DNA from: Guillardia theta CCMP2712
Taxonomy: Eukaryota; Protista; Cryptophyta
Assembly: GCF_000315625.1 (NCBI RefSeq)
Contig: NW_005434646.1
Location: forward strand, 270,171-334,170
Direction: 5' to 3'
DNA: 64,000 nt
Shown piece after piece: positions 1 through 11,234 of this stretch; the stretch's first letter is position 1, and each line of letters begins with the position of its first letter. The notes under the pieces were generated by a model. That model saw only the letters and a list, made by a program, of their open reading frames with translations. It did no database searches and had not been told where the DNA came from. The translations under genes were made by a program, and so were the position numbers.

Positions 1-1736
1 CTCAGAGTTTGCACCCTCCTGAAATTCAGCGACGTTGGTGCCAAGCCGAGGTTCAACGAGCATGCGACTTACTAAATCATCCCTTCGACTTGCTCCAGAT
101 TCCGCGGCGGGTCTTCGGTCGGGCCCACAGCGACATGCGGCGCGGGTAAGCTGGGGGGGACCGTCCGGGACTCGGCCCGGGAACTTGATTGCAGGATTGG
201 GTTTGGAGTCTCGGAGTGTCGACGGTCTCTCCTGATTGTCCTCGTACTGATCTTTAACTTAACTTTGAGTAAAGAAAAACTTAACTAACTTGGTGACGGG
301 GGGGGCCTATTGCCGATCGGACCGGCTGAGTCGCATTTTAGTAGGAAATTGTGACCTCTCCTCACCTTGGACTACTACCCCCACCGATAACCTTGCCCCC
401 CAACATCATTCAAGGGGTGGGGTACGTTGAATACTCGATTTGGTTGTACATTGAAATTATTTCAATAGTATCATTTTTCAAATGTTCTCGATATATATTC
501 AAAAATGCCTCGAAGTTTTTGTGCGCCTCAAGGAACCGCGCAAGGGATGGAGGGGTGGGGGTATCGAGGTAATCAAAACCATGTTACGGGGTACACTACC
601 CATGTGAGAAAACAGGGTGGATTTCACATTAAATTGAGGGGTACTTGACAAATATATGGGGTAGTGGTGAGCAGGGTAGGGTACAGCTTAAAAATGTTGT
701 AGCCAAGTAGACACACCGGTGGTTGAGGTAGCACAGAGATCATGGGGTAGCTGGTTGAATACACGTGGGTGGGGTGTATTATGAGGGGTGGGTACATTAT
801 TAAATTATGGGGGTGGGGTACTTATTGGTGTTGAAGAGTGGGATAAGGGTGACCAAGGTACTTAGAAAACAGGGGTGATGCCAAGACTTCAGTGGGGTGG
901 GGTGATGTGCCAATGTCAGCTGAGGGGGTGGGGTGCATTCACTGTTGGGTCCAGAGGATCAGGGTGCCAGGTGACAGTGGATGGGGGGAGGGGGGGTGGG
1001 CCTCGCGGATATTTTCAATGCAGGAAGCAAGGAGTGGAAGGTGGTGGTGGGAGGGAAAACTGGAGAGCAATGGCGGGAAGCGAGCGAAACCATGGGGAAG
1101 GACATGCAAAAGATTTAGAAGAGCAGTGGATAAGTTGTTCATCGAATCCACCTTGAAGAGATGCGGGGAGAAAAGCAGGTTGCGGTAACATGTCTTCAAA
1201 GGGACCAACGCGAAGGGTAGACGGTGATTTAGGATATTCTTTTCCCCGCGAGAAAGTATAACCTTCATCAGTAAGATGTAACAATACTGTTTGAAAATGG
1301 GGAAGAGAGTGCATTTGAGTGATCTTTGTTTTGTTCTGCTGTAGCGAGTCCTCGGAAGCAAGTTGTGGAGTTGCGTACTGTAACCTGTGGTCAAGTTTGC
1401 CTTGCTGTCCCTGCGAACGGTCTCTCCTTTGATGTTTGCGGATGTTCTGGACTTAAAAGAGTTGAACTTTCTTGATGCGCTCGAAAGATGAAGTGCTCAA
1501 ATGATTCTATGACTGTACTTTGACAAGTCCTGAAACTAGTTTTCTACTCCATGACAGTGTATTGACAAGTCTTCTAATAAGTTTTCAACAGGTTGAACTG
1601 GAGGGTGTGATGATTCTGTTGAAAGCAACCCGTCGGATTTGATTTGTGTTTGGGTGGAACTGCTGTTCCTCCTGACTGATAGCAGAACCTCCATTCACAG
1701 GTTGGAACAGCTTTGCCGTAAAGAGCATTGGCAGGC

Positions 1737-3389
1737 ATGGAATCCGAGACTCCTTTGCTGCAGCGTGAGGAGCTTGTCAGTGCCCTGCAGCGCGATGGGC
1801 TCTGTCTGAGACATGCAAGAGAGAACTTCAAGGCAGATGAGGAGCTGGTCATGTTTGCGGTGTCTCAGAACGGCAATGCCTTAAAATTTGCATCCGAGGA
1901 ACTCAAGAAGTCCAAGGCGATAGTGACGGCTGCTGCATTGCAACACGGCCCTTCGATGCAGTACGCTTCGAAAGATCTTATCGAGGACAGGGACTTTGTT
2001 TTGGAGCTGTGTGCCAAGGTCTGCTTGCCTTTGAGGTCAAGGCTGTTGTTGGTGACATGTCGTAGGGAGCGAGCTGCCTGTCGGGGTTGGATGAGAAGAT
2101 GAAGAAAGATAAGGAGGTGGTGCTTGCGTGTATGAGTGCGAACGGATTCCAGCTGGACAACGCAGATCCAAGTCTCCAGAAAGACAAGGAGGTTGTTTTG
2201 AGAGCTGTGAAATCACATGGCAAGGCCCTTCGATTTGCGTCAGAGGAGTTGTTGAAGGACAAGGAAGTCGTCATGGCTGCTGTAAGTGAGAACGGAGACG
2301 CTCTTAAGTTTGCGAGCTCCGAGTTGAAGAACGATCGCGACGTTGTGCTGTGTGCTGTGAAGCAATCAGGGGACTCGCTCAAGCACAGCTCAGAAGAGAT
2401 GCGGAAGGATAGAGAGGTTGTGCTGGAAGCTGTGAAGAAGAGCGGGAGAGCCCTTTCGCTGGCGCCGGCTTTCAGCGACGACAAGGAGATTGTTACAATC
2501 GCAGTTCAAGCGAATGCCAAGGCGTTGAAGTTTGCCTCGAAGGACATGAAGAAGGAGAAGGACGTTGTGTACTCAGCACTGAAGTCAGAATGCTCGGCTG
2601 GCGAGGGGCTAAAGTTTGCTGACCCTGAGCTGCAAGCGGACAAGCAGCTGGTGATGGAAGCAGTGAGGGCCGATGGAGATGCGCTTCAGTTTGCGAACGC
2701 ATTGTTGAGAGGAGACAAGGATGTCGTGACAGAAGCAGTCTCAACTCGACCAGAGGCGCTGGAGTATGCGACTGACAGCCTGAAGATTGACAAGGATGTG
2801 GTCATTATGGCTGTGAAGAAGGCAGGAGACGTCCTGAAAGTGCTGCCCTCAGAGGCACAGGATAAGGAAGTGGTACTAGAAGGTAACCTCCCCTTTGATG
2901 TCGTCACTTGATGATTTTGATTTCTTACCTGATTCCTTCTTCTCTCCCCATGTCATTTGCAAATGTTGTGATGCAAAGCTGAACATTCCTTTTTTTTGCC
3001 ACCCAATCATTTGCCACACTGTGAAAAATAGCACTCAAGACATCTGGTGATGCTATCAAGTATGTCACGGAAGATTTGATCGCAGACAGAGAAGTCATAA
3101 AGCAAGCGATCATCTCAGGAGGGGAAAAGCTGCTGGGCGCTATGGTCGATAGCGTGGAAACACAGCAGATAATCGCAGAAGTGATCGAGGAAGTTGAGGT
3201 GAGTTGACGCCATTGGAAGAGGAGGGCTCACTGGCTAACTGAGTAACCTGAGTTAACCTGACCTGAACTGAGATGACCTAACCTGACTGCTAACTTGTTG
3301 ATGGAACCTGTTGTGTTGCCTCGGGACCACTTCAGGCGCAACATGAACGAAATTTCTCACCTTTGACTTCAGAGACCTGCTACGAATAG
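1737..3389 (+). CDS. DUF4116-repeat protein (multi-exon; 5' end may extend upstream)
   Basis: ORFs 1728-2102 and 2087-2911 carry tandem ~25-aa repeats 'DKEVVLxAVxxxGxALxFASxEL' typical of DUF4116. They join via a 47-nt GT-AG intron (2019-2065); further exons ~3031-3198 and 3336-3389 end AQHERNFSPLTSETCYE*. Confidence 0.85.
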
Positions 3390-3526
3390 TAGCGGCGAAA
3401 CAAGTTGTTTAAATCCAAATGATGAAACGGTATACAAGTTGATAAGGAGATAGTTGGTGTCTTGCCTGCGCGTCGAGGACGACGAAGGCATCAATGTCGA
3501 TGACTTGACATGACATGACGTTGCTG

Positions 3527-3557
3527 GAGATGAGATGAGATGAGATGAGATGAGATG
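3527..3557. repeat. (GAGAT)n microsatellite
   Basis: Direct reading: gagatgagatgagat... Confidence 0.9.
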
Positions 3558-3935
3558 AATTTTGCTGTGCCCTAGAAGCTCTATCGCAGGCTGATGTTTT
3601 GTGCACGGTCATGCATCTAGTATGCAGCTCTGCACGCGGCGGGTTGAAACTCTGGGACTGACTTGGTTTCTCAGGCGGAGAGGAGGTGCGAAGATGAGAG
3701 CGGAGGGGAGCAGGGAGATTCGAAGAGAAGGAAGGTGGAGTGAAGCAGGAGCAGATTCGCGTTAGCGTTGAAACCGTTTTTTCAAATTTTGATTGACATA
3801 GAGAGGACATGAATAACGTGAATGAGCACAACTCCCAGCTTTCAGTCCCTATGAGGGAGAAGTTTCGATACGAATGACTATCGCCTGTACTATTATCAGT
3901 CTGGCAACACAGCAGCCCGCGTCACCCCTCTCGTC

Positions 3936-6900
3936 TTACTTTGCCATCCGACAAGTTGATCTTCGGTTCTCCTCCTTCCTTCCTGCTTCTCACGTCACCC
4001 CTGCCCTCCCCAGTCTTCATGTCTTACCTCGCGCTGTTCGGTCGGTTCTCCTTGTCGTAGTACGCCTGTCAAAACTTCAACGGCTCCACTGGTCAAACAG
4101 CTAGTCTCACCCCAGCTGCAGTCGGCGAAGCAGATTTCTTGCCCAGCTGCAACAGGCTGTCATGTTAAGGGTCCAGTCGAGGCTCTGGACCTGCTCGCGG
4201 AAGGAGGAAAGCCAGGCGCCATGGCGGTTGAACTTCTCCCTCGCCATCTCCCGCTGCAGCGCCATGCGCATCATCTGCGGGCGGATCAGGCGCCCTCCCT
4301 CCCCGCCCTCATGCTCCACCTGCCCCTGCATGAGGGCGAGACGCTGATCCTCCCATGAGCTGTAGGTTCCCGCTCCGTACGCCACGCGCTGGGAGCGGGC
4401 ATAGGAGGGAAGGTACCTGAGAAGCTGATCAGATCTTGACAGGCGGTGAGAGGAGACAATAGAAGGGGAGAGGAGAGGAGGGGAGAGGAGGGCAGGGGAG
4501 AGCAGAGGAGAGGGGAGGGAGAGCAGAGGAGAGCAGAGGGAGGGAGACGAGAAGGAGAGGAAAAACCTGAGGGTTCGTGGGTTTCTTGCTAGATCTCCGT
4601 ATCTGCTCTCATCCAAGGCCATCATATCATCGAGCTCCTCCATCCTGCTCAAAGGTTGTCAACAAGAAGGACAGCAGCTGCTCCTTCTCCTCCACCTCTT
4701 GAGGTCACGAGGGCGTGCGGGGTAGAAGATCTTCTGCACGGGTGCAGAGTACTTGGACGCAGCCTTTCGGTGCCGGGCCCGTCGTTGCAACTGCGTCAAC
4801 ATCAGTGACGTCATCAAGTCTCCTTCCGCCCCGCCTCCCCCTCACCTCATGTACAGCCGAGAAAGCTTCTGCCAGGTCAGAGTGGACGCGGTTGATGGTG
4901 GCGCAGGAGGAGGCAGTGCTGATGGACGAAGTCTCCGTGGTGTCGCTCAAGTCCCCAGCCACATCCGACAAGCCGAAGCTGTCACCCGACAGCTCGTGGC
5001 CCACACTTGGCTCGCCGTCGTTGCCCTTGATCATCGACTTGAGGACCTTCTCGGCTGTCTTGACCCGAGCTGCGTCCTCGTTGAGCGAGAGCGCTTGCTG
5101 GTTGATGGCTGCCTTGACCTCCCTGAGGAACGCGAGCTTGAACGAGTACTCAGCTGAGTTCCGCTGCCTCTCCAGCGCTTTCCTCTCCTTCTTGTACGCC
5201 TCACGGCTCGACATTAGAGACGCCAGGCGCTTCTGGATGTCTGCCTTCATCTCCTTCACAAGCTTACGGACCTTCTCATGCTCCTCGGGGATCGAGACTC
5301 TCATGTTGCTGGAGGATCGGTGAGCTCGCTTGCCCTCCCCGGCCTCTTGCTCGTTGGACGCTTTCTTCCTCTTCGCCTCCTCCACGAGGTTCTCCTCCTC
5401 TCGCAGCTGCTTCTGCAGGTCTGCCAGATGGCTCAGCCTCCTCTGGTACTCCTCCTCCATCGCCTTCAGCTCCTTCTGCCGCTGCTGCTGCCCAGCATCG
5501 TCCCACCTCTCCTTCTCTTCCTGCTTGAAGATCTTCCATGGGACAGACACATGCTTCCGCGGGAGAGGCTGGATGATCTCGATCTCTTCCACCGCCTTCG
5601 CCGTACTGCATGAAGTCTTCAGCTTCGATCGGGGATTGTCCTTGCAGCGAATCAGCTCCTGCGCCACGTCCATGGGGCTTCGCTTGTCGCTGCCGGAAGG
5701 ATCGGGGAGGATGTTCAGCAAGGCAAGCACGCTCCCTCTCTCCATCCCACACCACTCGAACCGCGTGTCGGAGGCGTCAACGGCCACAGCAAAGTCCGCC
5801 CGCAGCGCCGCGGCGAACGTGCCTTCTGACATCTCGACATGGTCGTAGTCGACGTTCAGAGTGCACCGAATGCCGACAGCGGGATGGAGGGAAGGAGGTG
5901 GAGGCTGAGAATTTTTGCGGCTCTCCTCCTCTCTGATCTCTTGCTCCAGCCTCTCCACTGTCCTCGTCTTCCTCTCCTCAAGAGCAAGGATCTTCTGCTC
6001 TGTCTCCCTCTCGAGACTGCGGAGCTCCGCTTCCAGCTCGGAGCTTCTCTTTCTCAGCGCTTCTTCCTTGTTCTTCTGCAGAATCTCTTGCTCCCTCGCG
6101 AGCTCCTCCTGTATCTTTCTCTGGATCTCTGTCCTCTTGGACTCCAAGTGCTGCATCTCGTCTTCCTCCAACCTTGCAATCTGTTGCTCGAATTCTGACT
6201 TCTTCCGCTTCAAATTTTCCTGGTACTCCTTCTCCTGTGAGCTGATCGCGTTCAGATATTCCGTTTCCTTCTCTTTCATCATGTTGGACATTTTCAAGGC
6301 ATCGAAGTTCTCCTTGGCGAGATCTTCAAGCTCCTTAGCAAGGCTTGCTTCTGTAGCTTGCTTCTTGCTTCTCATCTTCTCTTCTTCCGACCTGCGAATC
6401 ATCCTTCACATCTGAGGTTGAACATCGATTCAACTTCACCTCTTGAAACTCTCGAATTCAACCTCGAGAGATCTGACGAACTCATTCAACTTCTGCTGAT
6501 GACCCTCACGGATGACCTTTCCTTCTCTTCCGTTTCCTTCACCGACTTCTCCCTCAGTTCCTTCTCCAACAGATCTCGCTTCGTCTGGAGCTCTGCCTGA
6601 AGTTTTTGTTTGACTTGCTCTTCTTCCTTCTCTGCCTCTTTCTTCAGCTCATTCCTTCGTTTCTCCATGTTCTCTTGGTGATCTTTCTCGAGCATTTTCA
6701 GCTCATTTTCTTTCCGTTCATCCGCTAATTTCTTGGCCTCCTGCAGTTCTCGCTCTTGGGTAGCCTTGAACTCACTGAGTGCCTTGGAGTGCGCTTCTCT
6801 CGCAACTTCCAACTCAACCTCCAACTCCTTCATCTTCTTTGATTTCTCCTTCTCCAGCTCAGCCGACAAGTTCGAGATCTGCTCTTCAACGGCTGTATCG

Positions 6901-8676
6901 CGAGCAGCGAGGGACTTGTCGAGGGCTTGGTTATGCTCTTTCTCGAGCAACTCTCGTTTCCTCGAGGCTTCTTCGCTGAGCTCCATCTTCATCTTCTCCT
7001 CATTCCTCGTTATCTCATCCATCATTTGCTTTCGTTTCTCGTCCAGCTCGGCAAGTTTCCTGTCTCTCTCGGCAACGACTGCACTGAGCTTCTCCTGCGC
7101 TGCCTGAATCTCTTTCTCCACATCGGAGACTTGGGAGTCCACTGACTTGAGCTTCTCAACCTCTTCCAAGTGCTTTTTCTGCATGTTACTCAACGACTCA
7201 GTGCTATCTCTGTACTCATCGTCCAGTTTCTGATTGATCTCCCTCCGTGCTCTCTCAACCTCTTCGGCGATCTCCTTCTCTCGAGATGCCTTGAGGTTGT
7301 CAATCTCTTCCATTCTTCGCTTTCTTTCCCCCGCAAGGCTCTCCTCCATCTCTTTCTGCTTCATCTCAGCGTTGCTCTGAATGTCAGCCATCGATTGCGC
7401 TCTTCTCGCTTCCAGCTCTTCGTTCAGTTTCTTCACCTCGGCCGCTTCTTTCTCCTTCATGTCGCGCTCTTGCTTCTCCCTCTCCTCTTGAATTCGTTGC
7501 CTCATCTTCTGCTCCGCATCTTGCATGTTGGTAGTGCTCTCTTCCTTGATCTTGTTCAGCTTCTCCTCTAAGATGTTCTTCTGTTGTTTCTCAAACTGTT
7601 GAATTTCAGTGTCCCGCCTTTTGGCATAGTCTGACTGCAGTTGGCTCAACTTCTGCTGCAGCTCAGCCTCATGCCTCTGCTTTTCTTCGTTCAGGCGTTT
7701 CTCCATCTCAGCCTTGAGCTGGGTCTTCATTGCTTCCTCCTCCTCCTTCATGAATTTCTGGTACTCATCGTGTGTTGCGGCAGAGAATGTCGTGTCATGT
7801 GCAGCAGCAGCTGAGCTCTGCTTCAAGTTCTTCAGGTCCTTCAGTGACTGAACTGGTTTGTCGCCCAAGTCTGCAGAAGGACGAAGAGAGTCTTTCTTGA
7901 GGGGACCAAGACCTGACATCGGCTCTGCCGAGAAACTCGATTTTTCATTCCAGAACGGGTCACTCTTGGATTTCTTTGAGTCTCCGTCCTTTTTCTTCTG
8001 TTTCTTATCCTTCTCCTTCTTGACCTTGGCCTCTTCCTTCTGCCAAACTAGACAGTCACATTTCTTTCCAACAGCGATTCAAGTAATCTGCATGAATTCG
8101 ATGAAGAATCGCACCTCGATCAGCCTGTCCTTCTCGTCCTTGAAGAGATTCCTGTAGTACTCATCGCAAGGATGGTCCCATACGCTCTCACCGGTCGCAA
8201 AGTTGAAGTAGTAGATCTACCATCGCGATTCATCAGCTTCACCTCATCCCAAAACTCTCTCGTCAACCTCGTCATCCCCGGTTTTGCATGGTTTCCAATT
8301 CTCGGGCAGGGGAGCTTTGAGACCTTCCCTGGCGATCCAGAAGAGAGCCTTGTCTTCATCAGGATCCATACCGAGCCATTTAGCATATCTGAACTGAAGT
8401 CAACAAGACAAAGAAACCACATCGAAACAAGTGGCATACTCGAGAATTTCATCCTCCGTAGGCTCGTAGTCTTCCGGGAGCTCCTCTTCAAGAACAACGC
8501 TCTCTGTGGTTTGAGCATGGCTGTCGCTGTCATACTGTCCGTCGAACATCAGATCCTCTTGAATCATCTGCGCAGATCGCTCAAGGGCCCCCATCAGGCC
8601 TTGGTTGCCAAATCTGGATAATCACAAGGTTATCGACTGATACTCGCATGGTGCAAGCGCTGGCTTACCTGCTCAT
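3936..8676 (-). CDS. CEP164: CEP164-like centriolar distal appendage protein (N-terminal WW region plus long coiled coil)
   Basis: Spliced N-terminus [24 protein letters not shown]...[74 protein letters not shown] matches the CEP164 N-terminal/WW signature. It is followed by E/K-rich coiled-coil ORFs 6486-7919 and 4705-6402. 3' exons are approximate. Confidence 0.8.
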
Positions 8677-9371
8677 TGTGGGATGCTGGTGTATGCAATT
8701 AACCTACAGTTGCATTATCTGAATGTCAAGGTCAGGGTTCGAAGGCGATGCTGCGGTTGATAATTGGTACGATCATCGACTAATACAAACGGAATGAATT
8801 CATGCATATCGTTTCATAAACCAAGAATCTTCGGTAATCACAACATCACTCATTTTCTCCGAGATGTCGATGGCAAAATTTCTTGCAATTTTCACTCTCT
8901 TGTTCTCTCGATGCACAAATGCTGAGCAACCTTTCAAACAGGACCCTTTCATACTCCAGAATGTGTGTTTCTCTCAAACTGTCATCCTACTATCCAATCA
9001 CTCCTCGTCCTCGTCCATGTCCTCATCCTGGTCCTCCTTCTCCTCCCTCCTCTGGTCCTCGTCCTTCGTCCTCCTCGTCCTCATTATTATCTTCATCCCT
9101 TCAATCGCAACTGCTCCCCCATATTTTCAAACTTTGTGGACGTTGCACTACCCCCTCCACCCCCATTTTCATTTTCCTACCCCTTCTTTCTAGATAAAAT
9201 GCCCCTAAAAGACAGATCACTTTTTCCCCATCCATTACCCCCACCCCCAAATTGGAAGCATTTTACAGATTTTTTCTTGTTTTTTATTTCTTTTTAAATC
9301 TTTTTTTGCCTTTGGCGGGAGGCCACAAACTAGCCCCGCCAAAAATGCTGCGAGAGTGATAAGTCGCCGCC

Positions 9372-11234
9372 ATGCCAAAGTTCATCCCCGTCAGACCAGT
9401 AGCACTTGAACAGCAAGTTCATCAGCACCCTCTCCATCATACTGCTGAGACTGACTTAGCATCCTCCAAGTTTCTTGGCCCCAAGAAGACTTTTGTACCG
9501 CTCTTGCCAAGGGCTTTCGATCGATCGAGTCGAGAATTTGTCAAAAACAGTCAAAGAGTCGAATCTTTGACAAACAAGAAGGCAGCAGATATCAAAGAAA
9601 TTCAAAACTTTGAATCTCTAACAAATAAGAAGGTACCAGAACTTAACCATCAAAGATCAGATGAAAGTCCTGAGCTTCACAAATTTCAAAACAATACTCT
9701 CCAAACCAACATCAATTTTTCCGAGCAAAAGAAGAACTCTGGGCAGTTGAAGATTCCAACATTGGACCATCCAGCAAAACTCCAAGGCCATGAGCATTCT
9801 CGGGATGATGACACTTCAGAGCCAAAGGTGACAGTCTTGAAAATGCGGTTTTGATTGTCACCAGGCTCTACAGGACCGATACAGTATCCCAAACTTTTCG
9901 CTGGGTTCTTCGCCAAGAAGCTCTCAATCTGAATCTGATGATGATAGCAATACTTGTCTACCTAAAACCAACTTTTTGGGTGTCATGAAAATTGATGCTG
10001 TTGGATGTCGGTATTACAAAACTGCTGCAATGCAAGCAGAGCCTGGACAAACTCTCGACCTGGTAAACTGTTTACAATGTTTGGATAATGCACCTATATG
10101 AGACGTTCAAACAGTTGCGAGAGTCCATGAATCGATACGATCCTCTTGCCATCAGGTGAATGGAATCGTGACCGGTATGGCAGCTAACAAACTTCATCAA
10201 AAATGCCTTAGGATTCAAAGTAACATCGGTCAAATCGGTCACATCCCAAGGAAGATGTCTTGCTTTCTTAGCCCCTTGATCGACGCCAACATGTTGATGC
10301 TAAGGTGAGCAAATGCTTTGAGACTAAGCTTTCCATTCATGATTGTGAGATGCAAGGGGCAAAGTTTCCGATTCTCACATCGGAGGTCACATAGAAAGGA
10401 CGATCCCTATAGAAGTAGAAGTTCATATTTACCCTAGCTCGGAAGGCCCGGTCCAGATGGAAGCTGCATCCAAATTGGAGCAACTCAAGTCGTTTTTGAC
10501 GAGCTCAGATAAGTCGAAGGATGGAGAAAAGCCAGCAGCCAGCTCCACAGCTAAGCGGCAAGCAACTATCCATGAAGTCCTAGGTATGATCCGAGAGAAA
10601 GAAGTGGGGAACTTACTTCACATGTACTTGCAAAGGAGCACATGGGAAAAAGGCTAAAGCAGACAAGGCACAAATTGCTTACATAGAATGCCAAGGTGTA
10701 GATAAGATTTCTCTCTCGGCAACTGGCATTGAGTGGCAGAAATTCATGGATAAAGGAGGTCTTTCTCAATCATTGCTTAATGTTCTTACCTCATTGTGAA
10801 TTGTTTTAGCTCAAATGGACGTGGGTTGGATTAATGACGATTGGTTTCAAATGATGCGACCCATCAACATGCCTTTGCTAGAAGCCTTTCAGTCAAACGT
10901 GAATGCTTTATTGGACGACGGACACAATGACACTCTTGAGCAATTTCGTGAATTCATATTTGAGTCACAGATGTTCTGGGATATCGAGAGAAGTGAAATT
11001 GAAAGCGTTCAAGAAAAGCACGTTCAAGACAAGCTTACTAAATATCTTTCGAATTTCATTCATGACCTGCAGGAAAAAAGCACGAGCCAGAGAGTGATTG
11101 AAATGGTCACTTTAGAAAGATCGAGGAAAGTGTCAGGAATGAAGTTTGTACATCTTCCCACCTTTGCTAAGGATACTGAGGAGGAATTGTGCGACATCGA
11201 TTGGCTCTTGCCGGCAATTGAATCTATGTATTGA
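9372..11234 (+). CDS. HIRAN-domain protein without a detectable helicase domain
   Basis: Spliced exons 9865-10062, ~10115-10155 and ~10211-10303 give IDAVGCRYY..TLDL/LRESMNRYDPLAIR/IQSNIGQIGHIPRKMSCFLSPLID, matching the HIRAN consensus REPxNxYDxNAI..IGHIP..LxPLID. Confidence 0.75.

Noticed and set aside
1-1500. Transposon end or coding ORFs at the window start
   Set aside because: No transposase motifs, TIR pair or TSD; the ORFs are low-complexity. Some may be upstream exons of the DUF4116 gene, but this could not be resolved.
4715-7571. Long Ser/Leu-rich plus-strand ORFs
   Set aside because: They are antisense shadows of the E/K-rich CEP164 coiled coil.
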